64,000 nt of DNA, from assembly GCA_028534125.1 (NCBI GenBank), contig CM052818.1, positions 29,328,001-29,392,000 of the forward strand. The letters are read 5' to 3'. Of the stretch, positions 51,120 through 64,000 are shown piece after piece. This stretch comes from Lama glama. Its lineage: Eukaryota. The translations under genes were made by a program, and so were the position numbers. Under the pieces are notes generated by a model that saw nothing but the letters and a program-made list of their open reading frames with translations, made no database searches and was not told the origin of the DNA. How positions within the stretch are numbered: the stretch's first letter is position 1; each line of letters opens with the position of its first letter.

Positions 51120-52320
51120 TCCATGGCTATTGAAATCTCTACCAAACCGCATTCATTCAATCAAAAAGTGTTTTCTCGTTCACTCCTGTGGGTCAGACTA
51201 GGGAAGCAATGATGAGTCAGGCAGGCCCAGCTCCTACCTTCAGGGAGCTCACCGTCAAGCCAGGGAAACCAATCAGACACGCGTACAGGCGAGGATAAGT
51301 GCTGGCTGTGGAAGTGCAGAGTGCTCGGAAAGCACGGAACAGTGCACCTGAAGCGCAGGGGTGGGCAGGGGCAGGCCATCGGAGCCAAGCTCTGTCTGAA
51401 GGATGAGACCGTAAGGAGGAGGGTGCGCAGTCAGGGTCCTCGCAGAGGGAACAGAGTGGCCAAAAGCTGGCCCCAGAGGGCTGACTCAACTCAAACCCCG
51501 TAGAACACCCAGTGTGGCGAGGTGCATATGACAGGTGCTCAGTGCATATTTTTCAAAGAGAGCCTCAACAGACAAAATATACCACCACCTGCTGAGTTCA
51601 TTAAATGGTCAGAGCTATTTCTTCTCTAAGAGTGGTGTTTTATGGTCTGAAATGAAACATTGACACGGGTTTGGTTCTAACCATCTGGCTGGTTAGAGAT
51701 GAACTCTAACCAGGGGCTCAGGAGCTATGTGGGCTCAGTGGTTGGGCATCTGATATCTCAGGAGTTAACATTTACTGAGCATCTACAATAGGCCAAACAC
51801 AAGGTGCAGCCAGGACACACACACACACAGAGTTCTCAGTCACATGGAGCTGGTCACACTGGACAAGGCAGTTATAGGCAGCACACACATGATTAAATTA
51901 TTGTGAAAAAAAAAAAGGTTGTTAAGTATGGCAACAGATTCTGCTCTAAGTATTCTGGGAGCAGGTGGAGGGCTCACAGCTTAGCGTTGAGAGTGAGAAG
52001 TGGAGCACGGATGGTATCTGGGAGGAGGTGACATCTAACCTCCGGCTTCAGGAGTAAGCAGGATGAATCTAGGCTCAGGGAAGGGGAAGTCAGGAGGATG
52101 TTCCCAGCAGAAGGAGCAAAGGGCAGCCTAGTAACTTCCCAGTTACGTGAGCAACCATAAGCAGTTTTATGCTGCAGGAATGTACATGGTGAGGAAGCAG
52201 GCGGTGACGCTGAGAAGGTAAGTGGGGGCCAGATCACATGACCTACTAAGTCAAAATATTTAGGGAACAGGAGATGGTTTTTATCGCTTGTATTTTTTAG
52301 TGCAAAGGACACTAAAGTAA
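51120..52320. mobile_element. L2 fragments
   Basis: cattcattcaatcaaaaagtgttt...gggaagcaatgatgagtcaggcaggcccagctcctaccttcagggagctcac, then atttactgagcatctac and gggaggaggtgacatctaa. Confidence 0.6.
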
Positions 52321-53203
52321 GGGCTGGAACAAATGATTATGACAGTGTTAGCTTAAAAGTAGTTACTATTCAAGTGATTTTATCAGTAAACTTCCAAACA
52401 GATTGTTTTCCCAGTTTAATACGGATGGGAAATGAATGAATCCTTTAATTACAAATTTCCACACCAAAAAGTTACTGACTCCCCCTCAAACGTCGTCTGT
52501 CATGTAATGGACAGAGCTGTTTTTCTTAATTAAGAATAATGAAAAAGCCTTGTTATCTGTCAAGTTCGGAACTGAATAACCTTTCTTTCACGTTTAACTA
52601 TTCTAATTGCAAATATGTCTCACAATGAATTTGATTTAAAGAAATCATGGCTGATCAGAACTTGAACTATAAGGTATCTTCTTCCATGTGAGCATGTGCT
52701 GGACCATACTCTCGGACATCTGATGATATTCAAGATTCCTTCCAGCTCTGTCAATCCCAGAACAGACTGAAGAAATATGGTTGCACAATCCAAAGCATCA
52801 TTTTACGGGTGTTATTCCTGGAAACAGAAACTCTTGCCAACACTTCTCCTTAAACGCATTGCCTAAGGAGGTGCATTTTGAAGACAGACAAGATCTACCG
52901 CACACCAGACTCCATTTCCTGTGCAGGAGGGACTGCAGCGTTCCGCATACCCAGCTAAGAGTTTAAACAGATGCTCTTTTTAATAATACATTTAAATCCT
53001 AAGTTATGCGTCTCTATTTCTTAATGTCCTCAACCATTTCAGAAGCCATGGGATCTTTCTGCACATCTTCAAACTGTATGACAAGATCAAATGATGATGA
53101 AATTCTGCCCCGATTACCTTGCTTCCAATCTCTCCTGTGGTTGACGTTTCTCTTCAATGGGGAGATGTGAAACATGGCTGGGAGAAAAAATCTAAAAACT
53201 CAC

Positions 53204-53329
53204 CCACACACCCTTGCCCATCCTGTGGGGCCTGAAAGCCCTGATAACAGAGGCAGCGGAAGGAGCCAGCCGTATTGTCACAAAACCCGTGAGTGTCACA
53301 AACAGTGTTGTTTACACATTCATCAATAT
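53204..53329 (-). CDS. LTBP1: LTBP1 coding exon (equivalent to human exon 25): cbEGF, the most 5' exon in the window
   Basis: ttttgcag|AT ... GTGG|gtgagt. Reads (D)[41 protein letters not shown]. 126 nt. Confidence 0.97.
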
Positions 53330-53717
53330 CTGCAAAAAAGACATGGAGCATGAGACACAAAACACAGACTGACAAACACCAGATATTAATGGGCAGACAT
53401 AGGTGCTCAACACACCCCGGTTGGTATGAGATGATCATGTTTACACAGAACGAACTTTTCAAACATTTTACATATAAATAAAATGTTTTGATGAACATGT
53501 CTCAACAGACAAAATACTGGGTTCTATGGGAAAACATTGACTTTTCCTCAGGAAATGTTTTCAAACTGAAATGATGGCTGCAATGGCTGTGGTCAGTGTT
53601 TTCTACATGTTTTCAACTCTTTATTTGCAAGGAGAGTATATTCCTCCTGGGGGAACAGTGAAAGTATTGCCACCTTTTTGGATTGCAGTAAATGCCAGTA
53701 GTTCTATCTGCAGAACT

Positions 53718-53743
53718 GGGGGGGGGGTGTGTGTGTGTGTGTG
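53718..53743. repeat. G-run followed by a (GT)n microsatellite
   Basis: ggggggggggtgtgtgtgtgtgtgtg. Confidence 0.8.
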
Positions 53744-55019
53744 GAAGCATTGGCATTGGTCTGCCTGGGCAATGATTTACTGAACCCTAGAGATAACCTT
53801 GGTCAAGCCTAAACAGCATTCTCTCGAAGGAAGGAGAGGAGGCGGAAGGGAAAGGGAGCGGGGCAGCGAGGTCAGGGAGAGAAAGGGCCTGATGAAATCA
53901 GCAGTGTAGCCAGCCAGTCCCAGTTACTCCAGACGAGAGATTATAGTCACAAGATTTCCTGTCACCAAGTTATAGCCACGCAAGGTCCTAAATGTCAGTG
54001 CTGCTCCAACTGATGAGCCAGCGGCCAACCTGCAAATTCATTTTGTTCTCTATATGCTTGATGAGAAAATAGTTGTACGTTTTTATTCCCCATTAATAAA
54101 AATGTTCTCACAAAAGCAGTGTCTCAATTGTAAAGTTACAAATGGACCTTCTGCTACAGTCCTTCTTTATCTTCACAGTTACTCACTTTCCTCCCCCTCC
54201 TCGCATCCCCATCATCCCCATTCTCCTTGTCGACAGCTGCACCGCACACTCCCACCATCCAAGCTCCCTGTCTTCCCTGCCTTTGGACCACACAGTCCCC
54301 AAACGTAAGTTGTGGAGAAACCGTCAAGAGGAAATGAAATTACTGCATCCAAATGCACATGAAGAAGATTTTACTTTTATGTTCAAATAATGACGTAAGA
54401 TAACAAATGATCAAGAAAATGACAAGTTAAATAGCACTCGACAGAATTTAGTTTGGGGGAGTTCATACTAATAAAGTTGAGTTTTCTCTTTCTAAAATTT
54501 TTAACGCCGAGGCAAAAAATTTTCAAGAAGATGCACGCACGTAGCTCCCTCGCCTCTCTTCCAGATTTCCCAACACTACCGAGTGTAACTTCGGAGACTG
54601 TCTCACTTTTGAATTGTAAAATATGAGTGACTACAAAGGTTTCCTAATTTTCTCAGCTCAAAACTGTCCCTTCTCCTTTCAAGGCTGGGCCCGTTCTCCA
54701 TCTCTACCCGTCTCCTCTCCCTCTAGTCCCACCTGCTTATCCTTCTGCATCTTCAGTGATTCCCACAGCTCCTTCCCTCACTGCCCTCAAAAATGTTAAA
54801 ATCTCTTAGAGAAAATGCTCATTCTTTCTGTCACTGCAAGATGTATCAAAAGAACTATCTATGCTCATTGCTTTTATTTCCTAATATATCTCATCAGGGA
54901 AAAAGGAAATAGTAACAATACTAATAACATTATTTAACAACATTGGTGCATTCCTAGAACGTCTATGACAGTTCAACAAAATAACACATGTAAAGTGCTT
55001 GGAATATTGCCTGGCATGT

Positions 55020-56700
55020 AACACAGGAAGTGTACATGCTACCAACAACTCCTCCTCCCCCTCCCTTAAGGACTTACAATCTGTCTTTCTGAATTTTTAT
55101 CCCACAAAACCCCTTTGAGAAAAACCACCAATGGTCAACTCACCATTAAATTCAGTGATCATCTTCCAGTCCGTCACTGTCACCCTTCACCTCTATGTCT
55201 GGCCAACACCTTCTCCTTGATCTCCCTTTTCATGACCCCTGATGGAATATTACTCTCAGTCCACCTTTAACCACGTTGGCTCATGCTCACCCTTTCACAA
55301 CCTGAAGGTGCTGTGCTGTCCGCCAGGGCTCGGACGGGCCCTCCCTGGGATCTGCTCTTTCCCCAAGACTCCCTCCCGTCTCCTCTGGTCTCCGCCCTCT
55401 CCAGACTTTACTTGGCATGAACCTCCAGTTCTTGTCTCCAGCCGGGATCCTTCTTATTCTTGATCATTACCGTTTGATCCTCTGTTACCGTCTCCAACGT
55501 ACCAAGCCTAAAACCACATTCACTGTTTATTTACTGTTAATTCCCCTTCCTGACCTTAGTGGGGTGTCTCACCTTTATCCTTCCTTTTCTGTATTTACAT
55601 CTCACCTCAACTTGACAAGACTCCATGAAATTATTTCACATCTGAAAAAAAAAATGAGTCTCTCTTGCAGCATCTCACCACAGAGAAGACCCTCAATAAA
55701 TCTGTGCTGATGGATTTCCAAAGTCAGCATCAGGCTGGGACCACAAGGGACTGACTAATTACAACCATGGGAGGGTAACTGCACCACTTCATCGGGTCCC
55801 TTCACACAGGACACTGCTAATTTCAGACTTCCTGAAACGGGCATGTGTTGAAGAGATTATGTTATTCACTGAACCACAGGATTTAGGGAATGGAAAGAAA
55901 CTCAGAAGTGCTTTAATTACCGCTTATACACTAATGATTTCCCAGTCTCTCTCAAGGGCTGGTCTCTGTCCTTTGGAACCATTTATCTAATACCTATTGG
56001 ACATGTTTGTAGTAAAGGAACTTACTGTCACGCTCCTCCTCAACTCACCTCCATTTCTCCTGCATCCCCTGCTCCAGAGGACCCAGCCTGTAACCCCGCC
56101 ATGAACCTCAGTGTCAATCCTTCCCTCTCTCCTACTCCCTGTCCCCCCACCCCGTATCCTACCTCTCATCTTTCCTGACAGTCCTGACTCCAAATTGGTT
56201 TCTTTATCTTCAGTCTTGCCTGCCTCTCTCTAATCCATTCTTGACCAAACCACAAACCTGCCAGGGACAGTACCTTGCCGAGAACACTCAATACCTCTTT
56301 GTGGCTGGAGTGTACCAACCACTCTCCTTGGCAGAACAAAGATCCCAGAGCCCCCTTCATCATCTGGTGTCTGGCTACACATCTGGCCGTAGTTCTTAGC
56401 CAACCTCCTTCCCATTTTACACTCCAGCCCTATGATGATGCGTACTCGAGTTCTTTGAAAATTCTATAGTCTTTCATTTCTCACTGACTTCACGCACACC
56501 CCTGCCTTCACTAAAAATTCTCCCCTTTGCCTGCTTTGCTCAGAAACTCCCCCTGGCTCCTGGTCAGCCCCAGAGACACCTGCTGTGCAGCACCTCCTGT
56601 GTGGCAGACGTCAGGGCCCCTGCTTTGTGCTCCCAGAGCGTTTGGGGCCACTACAGTGCTTATCAGGGCTACTTCTGGGGGTGAGGAACCTTCAACTAAC
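55020..56700. mobile_element. L2 fragments (pyrimidine-rich on +)
   Basis: C/T-rich L2-like blocks, e.g. ctcaataaatctgtgctgatgga (L2 3' end, near 55692) and atgatttcccagtctctctc...tacctattggacat. Confidence 0.5.
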
Positions 56701-58639
56701 CCTCACCAGCAACTTATTTCCCTATAAAATGGGACAGTGGACAGCAAAAGAGGACAAAGAGAAAGCAGCACGTAGGAACCTGGTGGCTTTCAGTCCAGAA
56801 TCTTGAAATGAAATCTCTTGCTTTCCTTTTTGTTACTTCCATGCACCTACAGATGATGGTTAACGATGGCCAGCTCAGGAACTGACTAACTGACCTTAAG
56901 GTGAACAAATCCTGAGCTGGTTATGAATTACTGGGCGTCTTGCCGTCTCACACGTACTGAAATAGTGATTAGCAGGGAAAGTTTAGATGAGCAATATTTT
57001 GGATGTCAACGAGTAGGAAAAAATAACATGAAATGCCTGGAGACTAGCTCTTCCACAACTAATAATTTATGAAAATGATATACTGTAACTCTCTGCAGTT
57101 TCATGTTTTCAACAATGAGATGAGGTAATAGCTTAAAAGAGGACATTGTTTGTTTTGCTCCTCTGACTAATGACCTATATTTTAAAAGCCCATGATTTCA
57201 TTAGAACTTTCTTTGATGATGTTAGCTCCGAGATATTCTTCTATTGTTAGTCCTGTCTGTAAATACAATTCTAAGAACTGCTACAACTAAGATTAACTCA
57301 GTAAGAATAAAGCTAAATGTTAAGAAAGTTTATCATTAGGTTACGATAAAAGCCCTACTAAGATGCAAACTTCATTAAATGGGTGAGTAAAACCCATCCC
57401 ATTTTTGCTGAAGTTGAATTGTGAATATGAAATGAAATTTTGAATGATCCAAATACCGCAGGTTTTCTTTTTGCGTAATGAAAGGTAATTCTATTAAATA
57501 ACTAACAGAATTCTGCTTAGGTGTCTGTAAAAGCCATGCATGATGCCATCACCAGTCATCTGCTAAGTGGTAAAGGTGATGAAGGCGCGGCTATCCAGAA
57601 GTCTTGCAGTGGGCAACCCAAATGAGCTGGGTACACTACCGTAAGAGTTGATTTCTCATGCAAGTTTTTGCTCTTTACATTTCATTGAACAAGGCAGATA
57701 TCTATAAACGTTATCATTTCAATGGAAATTAATTCAAGAAAGAATTATATAGACTCAAGAGAGCAGATCACTGATATGAATTCTCCAATAATGAGATTAC
57801 CTAAATGTCAGAAAGAGCAATAAAGCACAGTCCTGGGTGAACAGAGCTGCCAGAGGCTTAATTTTAAAGAAGCAGTGTTGTCCATGACTGACAGGTCCAC
57901 ACTTTGAGAGTCTTAACCATTGCCTTATTTGGGAGATGAATTTTCCTTACCCAAAGGCTTTTTACTTAGTCCATTTTCTCAATGAACCAACAGTTTTCCA
58001 AACCTGCTGTTATTAGAGATTCTACACAGAAAAGCAGAACTCCCACCATGTGCTGTGTACCCACGATGCTCCCTTGGGATCACCCTCTCACCTGGGTAAA
58101 GTGAACCGTGCCATGAGATGAAATCATAGAGAGGAGGCAGGATTTTCCAAAAGGGGCCAGGGTCACATTTACTAACCAACAAATTACAAAACTGTGTTCA
58201 AAGACCTCAACCACAGAATTGAAAACAAACCCTCAATGATTCCATCAGATGTTCCGTATTATACGCAGATCGCCTGTGTAAATGGGGAAGAAGGTCTGTG
58301 CGTATGTTCTGTCAATTAAATGATGTGGTTTTCTTTGTCTCAGTTTTTGGTTTTGTCTTGAATTAAGAAAAAAGTATCTTTTTCCTACTTTCTTAACATC
58401 TCTGACCTCTGTTTTGTTGACTTTCCTTTTCCTTATTCTGAGCAAGACATACCCACCTACTCCAGGAAGGAGCTTTCTGATGAGCCTGCCTTCTGCTGCC
58501 AGGACTCTCTAAGAGGCAGGTGATGGGAACGAGGGCCACTGTTGGTAACGGGTCACTCACAGGAAAATCTCCACAGCTCTTGCATGGCTGGGAAGAAGAA
58601 GCCTTCCTGTCATCAAAGCATTTTTGGATGAATGATAAG

Positions 58640-58835
58640 GTTCACTTCAACTCAAAGGGACTTTGAAGATTATCCAGTTCAATTCCTTCATTTTAAGAAA
58701 CAAAAAAAACTGAGGCCTACAGGGGAGAAGTAACATGTCTCAAGGTTACCCAGTCAGTTGGCGGTAGAGCTGGCAAAGGAGCAGAGCCCAGTGAAGAACA
58801 ACTTTCTGAATCAAAGTCTGGCTGCATCTACCATG
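58640..58835. mobile_element. MIR SINE
   Basis: aaagggactttgaagattatccagttcaattccttcatttt...aaactgaggcctacagggg...caaggttacccagtcagttggcggtagagc. Confidence 0.7.
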
Positions 58836-60319
58836 TCTTCTTGCCTCCCACCATGGTGATGGTGATAAAAGTCAGTTGGAGAGGATAACCAGAACTAACC
58901 CAATGGTGAACCCATCAAGTATACTGGAGTGTGTCCATTACAAAGATGGAAGCCACAACACACCTCCTCGACTTAATACTCACTCACAGTTTACTCAAGC
59001 ACCCTCCTCTTGTCCTTTAACCAGGCCTTGCCATCAAGTATCATCACACTTGGAATCTGAGTATCGGAGGTACTGCAGATCCTGAAGATGCTGTTTTTCT
59101 AGGAGATCCTCAAGGGCCAAGGGTGTGCAAGTCACGGAAGGTCCCAGGACCATGTCCCACATTGGTGCTGTGGAGCTCTCAGAAAAACGAAAATGACCCC
59201 CGTGTTCAGGCCCAGGCTTCCCAACCAACTGGAAGTGGTTAATTATTTGGGCAGAATCTTAGGAGAATAGAGCCAAAGAAAGGGGGCTGACACTGGAAGG
59301 GATGGAGGGTTCCTGCTTCAGGGGAGACATGGCCCTCATGCTCCCTACTGAAAGAAAGGGAAGCGGACCAGGAGACAGTAGATCCCGGCCAAGAAGTGGG
59401 ACTGAACAATGTTAAACAGCTGAATAGCTGCCCGAAGGGGTTTTTAAATGGCATGGCTGCTGGCCTAAAAGAGATTAAGGTCTCTCTCACAGCACAGGAG
59501 AGAAGCCAGGAATAAACGGAAGATGAGCGCAGGCCTAAAGGAAAAAAAAATAATATTTAGCCAATAGGAAATTAAAAACTGAATTTGGAGATGGTCCAGA
59601 CAATACAATAAGGATATGGAAAGAGCCTTTTAAAACAGGTCCACTGAGGTCTGGCAACATCAAGAAGGCTGAAGAATATGGGCCTTATGTTTTACGGAGA
59701 ATAACTTTGTTCTGGGAAATGGGCATGAGCCAGAAAACAGACCAAGATGACGCCCCTGTGTCAAGTGTGACGGCCACGCCGCTGCCCGACAGAGGAGGGT
59801 GGGGAGGAAACCTGCAGACCTTCACGGTCACCAGCACATTGTGGAAGCTCACAGTCTCAGACAAGCAATGAGAAATGACAGAGGTAGAGCAAGTTACTTC
59901 AAATCCAACTTTCTAGGACATAAATTCTGGAAAATAAGGCTGGCCAAGGAGAGATCATTTTTTTCCCCTAGCCTTGAAACTCACTACTTTAAGAGACTTA
60001 CATTATTCTTTAAAAATTACTCAGAGCAGCCTCCCAAATGATTTCTGGAAATAGCTAGAAGTATGTGAGAAACAAAACCAAAACCCTGCTCTGATTTTAA
60101 TCAATCAGTACACGGACAACATATATTCACCAGCCACCTTAAAGAGACCCTAATGGAAAACCATCCTAAAATCACAGACAGTATCATCTCAGTCCTCTCA
60201 TCCAAAGACACAGGACTCATCCTCAATTACCTCCCCAAATCCGAGCACCGCGTGCCCCTGATTTTCTCTCTTGTTCTGTCTCCAGTCTCGCCCCCTCCCT
60301 CCAACCTTACTCAGGCTTC

Positions 60320-60990
60320 ACCATCTCTCCCCTGAATTCCTCAGATGCCATCGCTTCAGAGACCCTTCAGGTGAAATAAATGAGCTTTCTTTCCTCCTTC
60401 CTCTCATTGACTCTGTTCTTTCCTTTGCAGCAGCAGAATGATCGGTGGTCACGTGCTTTCTGCAAAGCTTCCTTGTGTATTTCCTGCCTGCGCCCTGCAC
60501 TGCAGTCTCTAGAAGGCAGAGACTGTATCTGTTTTGCTCATCACTGTATGTCCACAGCTTTGTACAGAGTCTGGCACATAACAGGTGTGTAGTGGTGACA
60601 TTAAACATAATACTGTTTAATACCAAAGAAGGCAAGGCTTCCACAATCCAGCCTTTGCCTACCTCTTGAACTGTATCTTATACATCACTTTTTCCCCTGC
60701 TCTCAAGCATTCAACTGAAACTAATTTACTTATTACATCCCTAAACCCATGTGGTATTTCATGTCTCCAAATCTTTGCTTGTGGCATCTCTTTGGCCAGG
60801 AAACACTCCCCCTGCAGCTCTCAGGTCGTATTTTTCACTGAGATAACTTTCCTCTGCCCTCCAAACTCTTTAAGACTCAGCTGGAGCTTCCTGGAAGCTT
60901 TTTTGATCCAACCTTGTGCTGAAAAGTGTGTCTACTCACACAGAGTCTTCCTGCACCTCACTAAACTCTTATGAAGATCTTAATGTGATA
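60320..60990. mobile_element. L2 fragments
   Basis: ctagaaggcagagactgtatctgttttgctcatcactgtatgtccacagc...agtctggcacataacaggtg (L2 3' end). Confidence 0.65.
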
Positions 60991-61289
60991 GTATATCACA
61001 TGATCACCAAAACGCAAGGCTGAGCACCAAGCACTCACAGCCACAGCATGGGAGAAAGAACCACTGACACCATGGGGCTGGGCTAGAAAAACAACTGGTC
61101 ACCTTGTTAGTTTCCATCTCATCTGAAAGCAACACTTAAAATAAAGCTGCCCAGGAGACAGTTTAAAAAGTACAATTTATAATGCAGGAACCTGCATTTG
61201 GAATTTTCAAAGGCAAACTTGAGACACTCTTCTAGAATGAAGATAAAAGGACAAACTGATGGGCAAGAAAACACTCATTTTTATGTCCC

Positions 61290-62200
61290 AATGTACAAAA
61301 TTAAAAAAAAAACCCCACAAATACAAAATACTGTAAGAAATACAGGTAAGTATACAATTGATCACAACAGAACAGGGAAAATGGCCAAATATAAAGCAAT
61401 GAAAGAAGTAACAGCTCTATAAAACTAACAGGCACATTAAAGAATGGGGGAAATATTTGTAAGACATTCATATTTGTCCTTAATACGCATATATCAGTTA
61501 GAAAAACACCTCAGACAGGCAAAAAGCAATTTCTCAGGAAAAAAAGGAGTTAAGTATAAAAGAAGTTCACCTCACTAACATTAAACGCAAATTAAAATGA
61601 AGTATTATTTTCTTATCAAATTAACATAAAAATCTAAACGTGAGTTTCTTTTTGGAGAGACTGTTAGGGGTGAGGAGCTCGCACTGGGCGCTGGTGGAAG
61701 CAGAAACTGGTGTAACATTTCTGGAAAGCAAGGAGGTCACATACATTGTTAAGACTCAAAGTTGCTAACATCCTTTGATCTTGTAATTAAATGTCTTAGA
61801 AGCTAGTGCAGGGATATGATAATTGATGAAAAAATGGTTATACACAGGTTTCTCATAAATAAACAGCAATGGCAACAAAGGATAGAGTCTCTCTCCAGAA
61901 TTAGAAGCTTATCTTTAAAAATACATGGTACAAGCATATGATGGAATTATGCAGTCAAAAATTTTAAAGATGACTTAAATATCAGAAAAATTCAAATAAT
62001 ATAATGTTAAGTGAAAAAGTAAAGATGAAAAGTATAAGTTCTTATTTTAACACTTAAATACTGAAAACTATAAAAAGGAAACAGACCAAATATTAACTGG
62101 TTGGTTGATAAATGATTTTTTTTTCCTTTTTACTTCTCAACATTTTCTAAGTTTTCCACAATGAGCACATATTACACTTAAAATCAGAAAAATTATGTTT
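61290..62200 (+). mobile_element. Old L1M (L1ME/L1MC-like) 3' fragment
   Basis: aatatttgtaagacat, aagttcacctcactaa, gctggtggaagcagaaactggtgtaacatttctggaaagcaa, tgatggaattatgcagtc. Confidence 0.65.
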
Positions 62201-62971
62201 GCAATTAACTATTTGAAGATATGAAAGGAAAAAATTATTCTACTTGAATATATACCTAAGTATATTCTGCACCCTAAAAGCAATGAGTAAAGTAAAACTG
62301 TGCAAAAGTAGAGCAGACATAAATATTCTAAAACACAGTGAAAAACTTGCAACATTTAAATATTTCTTACAATTGATAAGAAATGTTACGTTCCAATTGA
62401 TAAGAATGTTGTATTTGAAATAAAGTGTTTTGCTTGAAATAATAAAAAAAAATTTAAGAAAAATGCTGCTGATAATAATTATTAATTAATAGTATACACA
62501 TATTTTAAGTTAGGAAACAACAGCAATTTTCAACAACTGCAGCTACAATTGAAAACAGCAAAGCAAATCAAAACATCCAAACAAAAAAGTTTAAGTGCTT
62601 TTTAATCTAACCAAGTTTTTTTTTTTTTTTTTGCATACAAAGCTGTATTTGTTTAGTTTCAAAAACTCTGGAGACGCTGCCACAAAGTACAATCTCCTGA
62701 ACATGAACTCAGAGATTCTGTTGAATGAAAAATAAACACTTTGGAACTAATCCTTTTCTCAAATACAAATGGTAAATTGCCACTTGTAAATGTTTTCTAT
62801 TTAAAGATTGACTTTTCTATGGTATACAGATAAGTACTGTATACAATTTCACTTTTTATTATGGGAAAGTAGGACTTAGGCCAATATATTTTAGATTCTA
62901 AATTTAACCTTTAATACCTTTTATTTTTCTTTCATTCAAAATTCTGTTAAATCACTGGAAAACATTCTTTA

Positions 62972-62999
62972 TACACACACACACACACATATATATATA
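62972..62999. repeat. (AC)n(AT)n microsatellite
   Basis: tacacacacacacacacatatatatata. Confidence 0.85.
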
Positions 63000-63475
63000 G
63001 GGTGGGGGAGTGATATAATAATATTCCAAAAGAGTTGGGTAGGGGGAGGAGAGGAAAAGACCAAGGAGACAAGACAATTGGAAAACAAAGTAAGATACAG
63101 ATTTGAACCTCCCAAATACCAATAATTCTACTAAACGTATACAAACTAAATTCTTCAAGTTAGAAGACAGAGTGTCAACCTGAATAGAAAAAAATGAATA
63201 TATCCTTTTTACAAGAGAAAGAATGTTCACTATCAGAACATGAAAAGATAGGAAAAGATAAACTGTGCAAAATCTAACTGAAACAAAGCATATGTAGCTA
63301 TACAAAAGACAAAGTAGATTTAAAGGTGAGATGCAATGATGGAGACAAATAGTGACATTTCAACGGAATGAAAGGGTTTATCCCCCAGGAAGATACAAAA
63401 ATTCTTTATTTAATTCCACTGTCAGAAAATATATAAAACAAAATCCAGTAAACTAAAATTAGAAACAGCTAAATC

Positions 63476-64000
63476 TCATTCCACTCTTGGGCATACATAC
63501 AGAGGGAAACTTAACTCAAAAAGACACATGCACCACAATGTTCATAGCAGCACTATTTACAATAGCCAAGACATGGAAACAACCTAAATGTCCACTGACA
63601 GATGACTGGATAAAGAAGTTGTGGTATATTTACACAAAGGACTACTACTTAGCCATAAAAAATAATAAAATAATGCCATTTGCAGCAACATGGATGGATC
63701 TGGAGAATGTCATCCTAAGTGAAGTAAGCCAAAAACAGAAAGAAAAATACCTTATGATATCACTTATATGTGGAATCTTAAAAAAAAAAAAAGACAAACT
63801 TTTCTATAAAACAGAAACAGACTTACAGACATAAAAAACAAACTTATGGTTACCAGTGGGGGGGGATGGGGGGGAATAAATTGGGAGATTGAGATTTGCA
63901 GATACTAAGTACTATATATAAAATAGATAAACAAGTTCCTACTGTATAGCACAGGGAACTATAGTAGTAACTTACAGTTAAAAAGAATATGAAAATGAAT
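63476..64000 (+). mobile_element. Young L1, ORF2 C-terminus and 3'UTR, antisense to LTBP1; runs off the window
   Basis: ORF 63487-63834 ([37 protein letters not shown]) is the L1 ORF2 C-terminus. The 3'UTR is the same family as 4073-5985. Confidence 0.92.

Noticed and set aside
62370..62410. Short tandem duplication caattgataaga(a)atgtt, and ataccaattaagtc x2 at 2692-2719
   Set aside because: Ordinary slippage micro-duplications in AT-rich or L1 sequence.
53330..64000. Search for further upstream LTBP1 cbEGF exons
   Set aside because: I saw no ag|AT-x-x-EC type exon on the minus strand. The region appears to be one long intron extending beyond the window.
1..64000. CRISPR arrays, prokaryotic operons, foreign or viral coding inserts, rRNA or snRNA genes
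   Set aside because: No regularly spaced repeats, no long non-L1 and non-LTBP1 ORFs, and no recognisable structural RNA genes. The sequence is consistent throughout with a mammalian gene and its repeats.

Overview
Mammalian genomic DNA, most likely a camelid (inferred from the tRNA-Ala-derived SINE type and the young L1 3' ends). The window holds the 3' part of LTBP1 (latent TGF-beta binding protein 1) on the minus strand. I read ten GT-AG, phase-1 coding exons between 53329 and 11310 (1427 nt, about 475 aa). They encode two cbEGF domains, the TGF-beta-binding TB3 (8-Cys) domain, two cbEGFs, the last TB domain, a linker, an EGF and a final cbEGF before the TAA stop. A ~0.8-kb 3'UTR follows, with AATAAA at 10541-10546. 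Three of these exons are missing from the supplied ORF track and were translated by hand. Positions 1-8884 are a decayed L1 that retains its 5' end and carries three nested younger L1 3' fragments and a SINE. The introns contain ordinary MIR, L2, MLT, MER and Tigger relics. I found no convincing new gene or previously undescribed biological system. The best second-look items are small: a 25-nt inverted templated insertion inside a nested L1, a tail-less tRNA-derived retrocopy with a 17-bp TSD, a very CpG-dense orphan patch in an intron, a near-consensus CTCF site, a 51-nt sense L1 stub with a mutated poly(A) signal, and two exons apparently shorter than their human counterparts. Exon numbers and human comparisons are from memory, and repeat subfamily names are by eye.
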